From NCBI GenBank assembly GCA_039096225.1, contig JBBPEB010000004.1, forward strand, positions 1,240,001 to 1,304,000: a stretch of 64,000 nt of DNA. Reading direction: 5' to 3'. Origin of the DNA: Blastocystis sp. Blastoise (lineage: Eukaryota; Protista; Bigyra: Opalinata). The notes under the pieces are model-generated. The model had not been told where the DNA came from. It searched no databases and saw only the letters and a list, made by a program, of their open reading frames with translations. This document shows positions 30,100 through 42,791 of the stretch, one piece after another; position 1 is the first letter of the stretch, and each line of letters begins with the position of its first letter. The position numbers and the translations under genes were made by a program.

Positions 30100-31200
30100 A
30101 TTGTAATTGATAGGTCCTCAAACTACTATAGTTAAAACAAAGTCTTAAAATAATGAGTTTGAGTGTCACAATTTTGAAAAAATGTGAATTAAGTAGTCTT
30201 AGAGTAAGAGATTCAATATAATGACTTTTATTTAGTATACTAGAGATAGTACTCTATACTATGTTAAAAGAAGAGTCAAAATTATGAAGGTCAAAGTGTA
30301 TGAGCAAATGACAAAATGTGTCTTAAAAAGTAAAAGGGTTTCTATATGTGTTTGGAATCATGTATTAAGTTTATTTTATGAATAAGAGCTTTAAATAAAT
30401 AGTTTAAGGTTGTCAAATTCAAAAGAATGTGTAAAACATAGTCTTAGACTTTGAATAAAAAATTTAGAGATATTAATTAGTGTACAGCTATAGTAGCTCT
30501 ACAACATATCAAAAGTTCAAAGAAAATAATTTTTAAAGAGTGGATGTGTGAAGGGTTGTGACTATTATTTAAAATTTATTTTTACTTCAGTTTGTTTAAA
30601 ATCATGAATTTCGTGCACTGTAGAAAAATTGAGTCAAAAGGTCAACTCTAAGGGTCTTAAATTTAAAAAAATGTAAAAATGAGTGACTTAGAGGACGAGA
30701 TTCAAAATAAGAGCTTTTATTCATTAAACTAGAGTGTGCGATCTATATTATGTTAAAAGAAGGGACGAAAATATTTTGGTCGAAGTATATGACCAAATGG
30801 TAAAGTGTCTTTAAAAGTGTTATGGTGATGACAGTTGTGTTTACATGTCTGAATCAAGTTTATTCTTAAAATATTAACTTTAAATAGCAAGTTAAAGGTT
30901 GTCAATTTGTCAAAATGTTTTAAAGACTATCTTAAACAAAGAGATTCAAGAAGTTGACTTTCATTTTATACATAATATGTCTATATAAACACTTTACTAA
31001 AAGAACTTTGGAAAATATTGTGGATGAGTGTTTTGTCAAATGGTAAAGTTGTATCAAGAGTGAATTATTTCCACTCCTTTTTGTTTAAATCAATGTTTTA
31101 TGTCCACTCTATAAAAACTATCTTTTAATACTGAGTTTAAAGTTTTAAAGTCAACATGTGTGTTTGGTTTGTTTACTTTTAATTATTAAAATTGAGTTTA
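30100..31200. repeat. Degenerate ~244-bp tandem repeat
   Basis: Anchor GAGATTCAA at 30208, 30697 and 30941 (spacing 489 and 244). Related units at 34603/34846 (spacing 243) and inverted near 62327. Confidence 0.75.
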
Positions 31201-31468
31201 AATCAATAAAACAAGTTTAACACATGTATTTTGATTGATATAATCAGTTTTAAGATGACTTGGCTGTTTAAGTATAAATGGATTTGTTCTCATTGTGACT
31301 GTTATTGAGAAGAGGAAGTCTACAAAAAATATAAAAAGTTAGATATATATATATAATGTCAAAATTTAAAAGGTATAATCTAAAAGAGATAAAAATAAGT
31401 TTAAAAAAAGAGAAAATATATATATATATGTAATATGTAAAAAATATTAAAGAAAAAGAAAAATAAGA

Positions 31469-31535
31469 CTTCATGTCAGGAATTGAACCTGAAAACAATC
31501 TATAATGATTGTTTCTCTCCTTCTAGAGCATAAAG
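31469..31535 (-). ncRNA. tRNA-like (mascRNA-like) cloverleaf, copy A
   Basis: CTTTATG-CTCT(AGAAGG)AGAG-AAACAATC(ATTATA)GATTGTTT-TCAGG(TTCAATT)CCTGA-CATGAAG-T. Confidence 0.8.
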
Positions 31536-31554
31536 GGAGTTTATAAATAATAAT

Positions 31555-31585
<31 letters not shown>

Positions 31586-31616
31586 GATATAGATATATAT
31601 ATAGATATATAATAAG

Positions 31617-32043
31617 GAGGAAGTAGGAAGTAGGAAGTAGGAAGTAGGAAGTAGGAAGTAGGAAGTAGGAAGGAAGAAGGAAGAAGGAAGGATGAAGAAG
31701 TAAGAAGGAAGGATGAAGAAGAAGGAAGAAAGAAGGATGAGGAAGAAGGAAGTAGGAAGAATCAAGGATGGGGAAGAAGAAAGAAGGAAGAAGGAAGGAG
31801 GAAGAAGAATGAAGAACCAAGGTGAAGAAGAAGGGAGAAGTAAGAAGTAAGTACGAAGAATGAAGGAAGAATGATGAAGAAGGAAGAAGGAGGAAGAAGT
31901 AAAGAATGAAAAGAAAGAAGGCAGAAAGAAGAAGGAAGAAGGAAGAAGGAAGAAGGAAGAAGAAGGAAGGAAGAAGAAGTAAGTAGGAAGGATGAGGAAG
32001 AAGGAATAAGTAAGAAGGAAGAAGAACGAAGATAGAAAGAAGA
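31617..32043 (+). repeat. Polypurine low-complexity tract including (AGGAAGT)n and (AAGGAAG)n; pyrimidine-rich on the strand of the adjacent tRNA-like element
   Basis: Nearly C-free A/G tract read directly from the sequence. Confidence 0.9.
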
Positions 32044-32068
32044 AAAAAAAACTAAGAAGAATATTAAA

Positions 32069-32129
32069 CCTATATACAATAAATAAACATAATAAATAAA
32101 TAAATAAATAAATAAATAATAAACAATAA

Positions 32130-32160
<31 letters not shown>

Positions 32161-32596
32161 ATTAATAAATAAATAAACATATAAAAAAAAATGAATAAAT
32201 AAATAATAAATAAATAAATAAATAATAAAAAAAAATGTAAACAATAAATAATAAAAATAATAAATAAAATATAAATATATACCTTTAAAATAACCTTGAA
32301 CGACAGATTAAAGAAGGAAAATATTTAGCAACGAAGACCACAACACATCCATTGAAGTTTCTTTCCTATAGAATAAAAATTATTAATAATATATAGAATA
32401 AATTATATGTAAAGACTAAATAAATAATATTGATAATAAAAATAATAAATAATAAAAACGAATTAACAAAAAGAAAAACAGATCTTAAGAAATAAATAAT
32501 ATATTTATATACCTGATCATAAATAAACCATTTTACACAGCCAAGACCACTTCAAGAACACTTCACCACTATAACGAAGACAAATACAAAACAATC
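32069..32596 (-). other. Putative spliced non-coding exons leading into the pyrimidine tract and tRNA-like copy A
   Basis: GC-richer blocks 32596-32513 and 32365-32283 bounded by TAG/GTAT. The 32596-32513 block has stops in all three frames. Further acceptor at ~32069. Confidence 0.45.
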
Positions 32597-32965
32597 CTAT
32601 AGAAAATGAAATATTTTAAATGAATAAATCAATATATACAAATAAATATAATAATAATGACTAACAAACATCAAATAAATAACAAAAATATATAGAATAA
32701 AAGAATATAATCAAATATACAAAAAATGTAAAAAACTATGTTTTTTGGGTACCCTAAATATTTTTAATAGAAAATGACCCAATTATTACTTTTGTAAATA
32801 AATCAATGAAAATTCAAGGGTTTTTTAATTTCTATTAAGTTTTAAGAAGCATATTTTTAAAATAGACCCTATTCTTTAAAAGTAGAAATATAAACACAAT
32901 TTTTATATTAAGAGAAAACACTTATTTTTTATAATTAAAATATTATCTAAGATGCCTCAGAAGGC

Positions 32966-33703
32966 ATGATGCTGTCAAGATCGAAGTGTGTAGATGGAAA
33001 AATATACATTTCTCAAAAACTTTCAGGTATATTGTATCTATTTTTTATTATTATTTGTATATAGGTTCTTTTACTCAATAGTATCCAGTTGTGTATGTTC
33101 TTGGTCTTGGTATTACTTGCTCTGATGGTCTTAAAGGTATATATTTTCCATTTCTTTTTTTTTTTAATTATTTATTATATTATTTTAGGTTCTTCTATGT
33201 TATTTGTATCATACGGAGGCTGTGGTGTTGCCTGTTATGCTAACTGTGAAGGTATGTTGTCAATGATTTGTTTTTATTTTTTTAATTTTATTTATTTATA
33301 GGTTATCCTGTTGTTTTAAATGATGCTAATGGTTCTAATGATGTGATTGTAGGTTCTTCTTATTTTATTGAAGGTATGTTGCCAATCATTTAATTTATTT
33401 TTATATTTTATTATTATTTTTTTATTATTTCTATATATATATATAGGTTCTTCAGTTGCTGTGCATGTTGACAGTGGTGTTGATGATAGATGTCTGTGTG
33501 GTGTTGAAGGTTCTTCTGATGCTTTCAATACTGCTGTTGATGTTGTTGGTGATCAGATAGACTGTTCCTATGGTATTAAAGGTATATATATATATTGTCA
33601 TTCATTTATTATTATTTTTTTTTATTTATTATTTGTCTATTACTGTTTCTTTATAGGTTCTTTTATTGTTGTGTGTGTGGTTGCTGAAGGTGTTAATAAT
33701 TAA
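32966..33703 (+). pseudogene. Gly/Val/Ser/Cys-rich gene built from symmetric phase-1 exons (EG|SS junction repeat), with an in-frame TAG
   Basis: Exons 32966-33026, 33065-33136, 33189-33251, 33302-33373, 33447-33581 and 33657-33704; internal exons are all multiples of 3. The frame is open except for TAG 33079-33081 and TAA 33701-33703. Confidence 0.55.
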
Positions 33704-34039
33704 GGTATGTCTATTTTTTTAATTTAATTTAGTTTATTTTTATTTATTATTTATATATAGGTCCTTCTATTCTGATCGAGTCTTCTATTATAGGTAATGA
33801 AAGGTATATACTTATTTCTTCCTTTCTTTTTTTTTTAATTTATTAATTATCTTATCATTATATATAGGTTCTTCAAGTCAGTTATGATATGATACTTATT
33901 TTTCTGTTCCTTCTTTAGAAGGTATATATATTTTTATTGTTTATATATTTTTTATTATTTATTATATATAGGTGTCTTTTCTAATAGGGGATCTTATCAC
34001 CCTAATGTTGGCTTTTATTTTAATAATAAAAATATATCT

Positions 34040-34077
<38 letters not shown>

Positions 34078-34559
34078 CAAATATTTATATTTCTTTTAAT
34101 ATATATATCTATATATTTTATCTATATAGTGATGGTGTGAATAGTTCTTTAATGCTGAAGGTATATATATATATATTTATCTTTTATTTCTATAGGTTCT
34201 TCTAATTTGGTTGGCATACTTAACATATTATTTTATTTTTGTTTTGTTTTGTTTTGCTTTGTTTATTATTATTATTTTTTTTTTTCACAGATAATATCTT
34301 TCTATTATCTGCTTTCTTAGTATTATTTATTTATTTTTGTTTTGTTCGTTTTTTATAATTTTTATTGTGCTTACTATTAAGATAATTTTGAAATTAGTTA
34401 ATGTTATTAGTATGTGGTCCTTAATATTGTTTTAATTTATAATAACATTCATTTATCACCTAATCTGATATAGACTAGCGATATAATTACATCAATGATT
34501 GAGTTATTATTAAGTTTTGTATTCTCCACTTTCATTTGTATATTTAATTATGTGTAAAA

Positions 34560-35039
34560 TTGTAAGCAATAAGAAATGTGAAAAAATAGGTTATTAAATT
34601 AAGAGATTTAAAATTATAGAAATTGTTTAATATAGAACAATATGTACTCTACAACATATTAAAAAATAAGAGAATTTCATTTTTGACAAGTGAATTAACA
34701 ATGCGTTTGAGTTGTTCAGAAATTTTAAAGAGTTAGTCTATTCTTTTAAAATTGTGTTTTTGTTATACTATGAAAATTTTGACTTTTAAAAACAAGTTTA
34801 AAGGGATTACTTTTTTAAAATGTAGAAATGAATTATCCAAAGGACGAGATTCAATATAAAACATTTTATTTATCAAACTATTATTTATAGTCTGAATTAT
34901 ATTAAAAGGAGGGACAAAAATACTCTTGACAAAGTGTATGACCAAATGAAAAATGTTTATAAAGAGTATCAAAATGGTAGCTAATGTATTGATAGAGTTA
35001 TGTTGAGCATAGTGTTAAAATATAAGCTTTTTAAATTAA
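34560..35039. repeat. Further units of the ~244-bp repeat, cut by the Helitron B insertion
   Basis: GGACGAGATTCAA...AAGTGTATGACCAAATG matches the 30690-30810 unit. Confidence 0.7.
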
Positions 35040-35068
35040 CTAGCGGGTGGCATCGGCTTCGCCGATGC
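35040..35068 (-). other. Helitron 3' terminal GC-rich hairpin and CTAG end
   Basis: 8-bp perfect stem 35050-35068; CTAG 35040-35043 followed by T on the minus strand. Confidence 0.92.
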
Positions 35069-35320
35069 TATGTATCAATTAAGTCTATTTCAGTCAATTA
35101 TTTCTTGTTCTTTGTTATTTATTTATTTTTTTTTTGATAATGATAAAGAATTATAAACTAAACAATATAAATTTTAAGAATTAATTATTAACAAATAAAA
35201 ATAAACAAATATACAATTTAAAATTGAAAATTAACAAAAAGTATTCATAAACAATAAGAAAAATAAGAAAAATTAGAAAATCGAAAAAAACATATAACAA
35301 AATACAACAACAAAAATAAA

Positions 35321-38300
35321 TTATAATACTCCATTAAATACACAATTTTTAGTATACCATTCATTACTATTTCTGATTAATTGACCTTGATTAATATTAT
35401 CATTCTTTATAAACATTTTTATACCGTGAAAAGAACGTACTCTACTTAAAGCTACATATAATTGACCATGACTAAATACTGGTCTTTCTAAATAAATACC
35501 TACATTTTGAAATGTTTGACCTTGTGATTTATTAATAGTCATAGCAAAAGCTAATCTGACAGGAAATTGTTTTCTACTTAACTTACATGGTAAATCACTA
35601 TCATCTACTATAAATTTAATTCTTGGAATCAATACTATATCTTGTCCTTCTAACATATTATCAGTTCTTACTAATAATTGACTTCTTATTACATTTGGTT
35701 TTGTATCTAATACTACTAATCTCGTTCCATTACATAATCCTCTCTTTATATCTAGATTTCTTAATAACATAATAACTGAACCTCTTTTCAATTCTAAATC
35801 ATGAGGTGGACATCCTTGAGGAATTAAACTATTTAAATATTCTGTACTATAAGCATCTCTTTCATCTATATCTTCTACTTCTTCTGCTAATTCATCATGA
35901 CTATAATAATGATGAGAACTTGATCTTATCATATTTTGAATTCTTTCATTAATTAAATATGCTTGTTCATTTGTTGCACATAATATACAATTTGAAGCTA
36001 ATTTCTGTCTATATATATCTGTATTTGAATCATTAATAAATTCATGAAATATCTCTTCACCTATATTCTCATCACAAATACATTCTCTTGGAATATGTAC
36101 TTTATCTTTTGATAATAATCTTAATTCATTATTACATCTCTCACCATTTCCTATCTTCAATAAGAATTCTTTAAATTCTATTTCATTTGCATTTGCTCTC
36201 ATATTTTCTGTTAATTGAAATTGATTAAATTCATTCCAAATATCTAAATATTTAATACATAAAGGAACTATATCAGCTTCTTTTCCATGAGCTACTACTG
36301 GTAAACATTGTCTAAAATCTCCACCTAATACTATTGTTTTACCTGCAAATGGAATATCTATCTCATCATTATATAAGAATCTTAATAATCGATCAACTAC
36401 TTTTAAAGCATATTTAGAAGCCATAGGAGCTTCATCCCATATTATTATTTTACATTTCTTAATTTGTTCTGCTCTTGGAGATCCTCTTGAAATAGAAGAA
36501 GAAGAAGATTCATTTAATTCAAAAGGTAATCCAAATTGTGAATGAGATGTTTTTCCTCCACATAATAAAGTAGCTGCAATACCTGTCCATGCAACTGCTA
36601 TCACATCATCTATATTATTTCTTATTGATTTAATTATTGTATTATAAAGAAATGTTTTTCCAGTTCCTCCTGGTCCATCTATAAAAAACATATTATTTCT
36701 ATGAGGTTCATTATTATTCACTGATTCCATTATTGATTCATATACTCTTCTTTGTCCTTCATTCAATAAACTTATATTTCTTTCTGCTATTCTATGATCT
36801 TCTTCAAAATTAATTCCTTCAGATTCATAATCTATCATATTAGTATTATTATTATCAAATTGTGGTAAATTAGTACTTTGATATCCTCCATTATGTTTAT
36901 TTGTATCTATAACACTTCTTATATGATTTAATGCTCTAGGTATACAATATTCTTCTATTATTCTATTCACTTCATTATCTTCTGAATCTAATACATATGC
37001 ATCTTGTCTATCTATACTTATATATTCATTTATATATTGATGAAAGAAATCATCTATCATATCATTCCTATAAGTATTCCAAATAGATAATGGATCAGTA
37101 ATAGGATAATAAGAACAAAGTAAACCAAATAATTGTCTTAATTGCCAAGGAGTAGCATCTATTACTTCATTTGCAAGAATATCATAATATTCTGTATCAT
37201 CTACTAATAATCCTCTTGCTATACAGGATTCTCTATATGTATTATATATTTGAGCTTCATAACATTTTAAATCATCAAAACTTAATGGACGACTTACATG
37301 TAATAAAAGTATTCTTAAACAAAATAAATTATCATTTGTTGGATCTATATAAGGAAGTCTTCCTATTACTTTATTATTTCTTCTTCTATGATTCCATTTC
37401 TTTAATTTTGAATCATATGTATAATATTTAGGAAATTCTATATAAGTTAAAATAGAGGGTTCATCCATTGTTCCTCTTGATTCTTCATTTATATATAAAT
37501 CATTCATTTTAAAATATGCTGTTAACATTGTATCTTGATTCATTATTCTATCTAAAGCTCTTTCTTCATCTCCTTCCACATAATATACAGTTCTATCATT
37601 CTCATCATGAATATCTAAAGTAATTACACTCACATTACAATATTTTATTGGAAATCCATATATTCTCCACATAGCTTCAGGAGCTGATAAATATCTTCCT
37701 TTTAAATAAGATTTCATTTCATTTGGTATTTCTATTTCATTTCTATTTGAATTAATTGAATTATTATTATTAGTATTATTATTAGTATCTTCTCTTTCTA
37801 TTTCTGCATTAATAGAATCATGTCCTTTAAAAGCATATTTAAATATATATTTAGGACTTCTTACTGAAGAACATACTTCTACATTAATATGACAACCTAT
37901 TCTTAATGATAAATATGGATTATATGGAACTACCCATCTATTATCTAAAGTATTATTTACATTTGATTGCCTACCTATTACATATACTCTACCATTATCT
38001 CTTCTTCTATAATTTGGATATCCATCTTCATTTATTGTAGTTTCATTTCTATAATCTTTTGGGAATTTCTTTGAACAGTATTGTTGACCATTTATTTCTT
38101 TCATACATTGAGATGTTCTTGTATGAGGACCATGCATATTCATTGAAGTAATAATTTCATATAATCTTGGATTCTTTATAGGATCAGGAATTTCTGCACA
38201 TATATAGGAATCTATATCTTCAGGAGTTCTTAATTTATATTCATTCTCTAAAGTAATTAAAATATGTGCATGAGGCATTCCTCTCTTCTGATATTCTATT

Positions 38301-41300
38301 GAATAACATAAACATTTTACTTCTCCAAATACTTTAAAGTTTGTTATCAAATGAGTTAAGATTTTCAATTTTATATAAAATACTCTATCTACTATATCAG
38401 GTCTCATCCAAGGTTGTTGACCTTCTTCTAATGATTCTAAGATTTCTGGCCAATTTGGATTGCAAGTCATGGTTATAAATAAATCTGGTTTACCATAAGC
38501 TCTTACAATAGCCATTGTTTCTAAGTAAGAATTCTTCATATATCGAGGACCACCTACAAAACTTGATGGAATAATAACTGCTTTTCCCATTCTACTTCTT
38601 ATATATTCATCACTAAATCCATTTCGTATCATCTCATTCACTGTATCTCTAAATACAGAATATTTCTCTGATCTTAATTTTGTTTGATTATTTGCTATAA
38701 ATAATAATCTTGAATATTCTATTTTTGTAGCTGCATCAACCATAAATTGTAATAATAATTTTTCAAATAATAATAAATAATTCTTATGATTAGGATGTCT
38801 TGTATATAATAAATAGGAATAGAATTCTCTTAATGAAATAGTAGGTATAGTATAAAATTCATTTCCTAAAATATCTAATGGAAATCCTCTTTCTGATCTA
38901 TTTCTAAAAATTGGAATAATTCTCATCGATTTTGAATCATCTCCATTACTATCATTATTCTCTATATGATTACTATTTATTCTATAATTATTTCTATTAT
39001 TTAATTCATTTTCTACTTCTTCTATTATTTCATTCTCATTATTATTATTATTATTATTAGTTGTTGTAGAAATATTTCTATTATTATTATTATTATTTTG
39101 ACGATTTAAATGTAATTCAGAATTACGTATAATATTAGAAGTAGATTCTAAACTCCATAATGGTAATCCATAAGGAAACATTAATGGATATATTAAAGGA
39201 TCACAAAAAGGATTATTATAACTAAGATTTGTTATTTGTTGTTCTGATATATTATTATTATTATTTTCATTTTCATTTTCATTATTATTTTCATTTCTTC
39301 TTCTTCTTCTTGGATAACATGAAAGATTAATATTTGGTAAACCTTCATCATTTTGTTTTGGTATAATCATAGCTATTTCATTTGTTGTAGTAGGAGCATT
39401 AAATCTTCTTCTATCATCATAATTACTTATTTTAAATTGTAATTTTAAATTTACTTGTGAATAAGTAGTATTATTTATTCTTCTTGATTCTGTTACTTGT
39501 TCATGTAATGTTTTAAAAGATTCATATATTTTATTATTATTTCTTATCATAGAATCAATACTTAATAATAAATCAGAAGATAATTCTGAAAACATACTAT
39601 TTCCATTTCGAATATGAAGAGCTTCTTCTTCATCATAAATATATATTTGATTAAAAGAAGGAGGAGAATTATCAGAAGGATATAAATCACTCATAGAATG
39701 ATATACATTACCATGAACTCTATAAAAATATGGTCCTGGACCATTCATTCTTGTTACTACATTAGAACATGACATAGAAGCAAAAGCAAAAGCATTATTA
39801 TATCTTCTTATCTCATTTCTAAATAATTTATTATTTGGTGTCTGACTCTTTAATTGATTTAATAATTCATTTGGAAGATTTATAGGTGATTCTACTTTCA
39901 CTTTCCCATTATTACAACACATTGTATAATTTGAATTTCTTGTAATGATATAATCATGATCTCCTTCATAGTATTCAAATTGTATTCTTGAATCATTAAT
40001 TAAATTAATATATTTTTTATATGTAGAATATTTTGTAATCTTATAATTTGTTTTTTCTGCTTCAAAATGAAGAGCTTCACAATGAATACAAACATGATTC
40101 ATTTTACCTATATTATAATATTCATATATATTATTTCTATGAATATCTCTTTCATTCTCTTCTATTATTTGTTCTCCATTTCCTATACATAATATAATAA
40201 TAGTTTTATTATCATAAAGAATTATAATAATATAATGATATAATATTAAACATACTTAATTTAATACATGCTTCACAGTTTTCAAATCTTATTACAATTG
40301 GAATATTGCTATTATTTTCTTCATTATTATTTTCATTTTGATTATCTATATCTATATCATTATTATTTGTAGTATTTATTGGTTCTATTTGCAAAATAGG
40401 ATTATTAGTAGTATTAGGAGGAATAATAGGTGTGAAATCATTATCTGAACTTGTATCATCATCTGAAGTAGAAAAATCAAAACTAATTCTTCTTCTATGA
40501 TTATTTATATTTGTTGATAATAAATTATTATTATTAGGATTTTGAATAGGAGATATTTGATAATAATTTAATATATCTAATATCGATGATCTTGGCAGAG
40601 GAGGAATAATAGAATTATTATTATTATTATGAGAAGAAGAAGAAGAACTAATTATTCTTGAATCAAGAGGAGATAATCTAGGAGGTGTTATAATGAGAGA
40701 AGTAGAAGGAGATACTATTTGATTATTTGTATTAGAATTTGGTGTATTATGTATAGATGGAATATGATTATTATTGATACTATTATTATTATCTGAAAGT
40801 ATATCATTATTGTGTTGATTATGTAAAGGAGTTACAGGATTATTTAATATTATAGGTTGTGTATTATTATTTGTTTCATTATTTTCAAAAACAAAAGTAG
40901 AATTAAAACTATCATCAACTATTGATTGAGACATATTTTCATTGTTGTTATTATTTATGTCAGTTTCAATAAAATCTGTTTCATTTATTAAAGTTTCATA
41001 TATAATTCCATTATTTAAATTTGTATTATTATTAGAATCTGGCTCTATTAAATTGATTTCATTAATTAATGTTTCGATTGTGTTATTATTATATGAATTT
41101 GTATTATTACTTTGAGTTGAAGTATTATCTGAAATAGGAGAAGAAGAAGAAGAAGATATAGTTGCTATATTGTTTAGTTGTATTGGGTGTTGTTCAGTTA
41201 CTATTTCTTCATTATTTAAAGAATTATTTGTATTGAATAATGAATTGTCTTGATTAAAAGCATTTTGATTTTCGTTTAATATTTGGTCATTAATCCTTTT

Positions 41301-41374
41301 AGATTTGTGGGTATTCAAAAAATTCCCAAATATATCTCTTCTCTTAAGAGAATTAAATCGCTTTCTTTTGTTTC
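35321..41374 (-). CDS. Helitron RepHel transposase (HUH Rep + PIF1-family SF1B helicase) with an Asn-rich upstream exon
   Basis: Rep motifs PDLFITMTCNPNWPEI, EYQKRGMPHAHILI and KYIFKYAFKG. Helicase motifs GPGGTGKT, IIWDEAPM, GGDFRQCLPV, LCNGTRL, FAMTINKSQGQT and HGQLYVALSRV. N-terminal CxxC..CC Zn motif. Intron 40255-40183 joins exon 41374-40256 in frame. Confidence 0.97.
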
Positions 41375-41586
41375 CTATAGTATTATATATTATTAGTTTT
41401 ATATATAAGATTTTATTAATTAAATAATATTAATATTTATAAAAATATATATTTAAAATATTTTATTTTTTCAATCATTTTTAAAAATAATATATTTAAC
41501 TAAACAAAATAAAATATAACAAAGAAAAAAAGAAATAAAACAATACAAAACAATAAAATGCTTATAAGCAAAAAACAAAAAACTCC

Positions 41587-42753
41587 TTAATAATATTCAG
41601 GAGAAGAAACAGGATAAACAGGAGAAGTAGGAGGTGAAACCCTTTCATCATAATAAGGAGGACTTGAGAGATCCTCGTCACTTTCATTCTCCTGATTATT
41701 ATTATTTAAAGAAACTATCAAGTCATAATAGAATTTAAATTATAAAAATATTTACCTTGATTTGTTGGACATGTTGAAAATCTGTTTTTATTTGCAAAAA
41801 GAGTTGTGTTGTCTTTAAATATAAATTTATTTGTTATTTCTGAGTCTGTAGTACCTATATATATTTTAGGTTGTTTTCACATCAAAACATACCTTCACAA
41901 TTAATAGTAAATAACTTACTATTAAAAAATGTTTTCTCAAGGGTGTTTTTGTAGTTATTATTATCTAAAGACGAAACAATAAAAATATTTTTATTATTTT
42001 ATTAGACAATAATATACCTTTGTCTCCCTTGTTGTTAAGACAAAAGCAAGATGTATGAAACTCAAAAGTATTTTCAACTCTTTTACAATCTATATATATG
42101 ATAATATATTTTGTAAGTTAATGAAAATATTTTCGAGATCAAACATATCAAAAACAAAAGTGTGTAATATTAATTCGCAATAGCAAATAATTTACAACAC
42201 AAAAACAAAGCAAACACATATAAAATATAAAACAACAACATTCTATTTTGTATCTTATAGTTTAAATGATATATTTAAAATATTATATGAGTTCATAAAC
42301 TTTAAACTATATAAAGAGACATCATGAACTTTTATAAAGCAGAGTCGGGCATTTTATATAGGTTAAACTCAATAACAAATATATATATTCAAGTAAATTA
42401 TAAGAAAACAAAATAAAATAGAAATTGTAAAATATTTAATAATGTGAGAAATGAAAATGGAAAAGAATAAAAATAGAAAAATATTTAAGAAGAAAATATT
42501 TAATAAGAATAGATGAAAAATATCACAACATAAGAAAAATTAAAAAAAATTAAAAAGAATACTCGAACAATTTATATTAAACAAAGAGGACACATTATGT
42601 TTTTTATTTTTTTTGTATTTGAATTGTATTTCATCATCTTGTGAGTCTAAGAATAATAATAGATATATTATAAAACTAAAAAGATACCCTCGAATGAATT
42701 GTTGCTTGAACGCTTTTTTGAACTACTTTTTGACAGTGTTCGGCGGCTTTCTA

Positions 42754-42791
<38 letters not shown>

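Larger units (their letters stand above)
29531..35039 (+). mobile_element. Helitron family A, 5' portion (no RepHel seen); interrupted at 35039/35040 by Helitron B
   Basis: A|TCATTACTATTATAAAG is a typical Helitron 5' terminus after a target A. The first ~134 bp recur almost identically at 63867 with an unrelated left flank. Internal ~244-bp repeats. The right extent is inferred. Confidence 0.75.

Noticed and set aside
32741-32870. TTTTTGGGTACCC / GACCCA motifs resembling the MULE TIR
   Set aside because: Too short and irregular, with no partner end or TSD.
37171-37431. Antisense ORF within RepHel and similar short shadow ORFs in the giant gene
   Set aside because: Shadow frames of real coding exons with no independent support.
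42745-42790. Possible 5' TC end of Helitron B next to the (TA)n run
   Set aside because: Neither candidate TC is preceded by A, and the region is better explained as a splice acceptor whose reading frame continues beyond the MULE.
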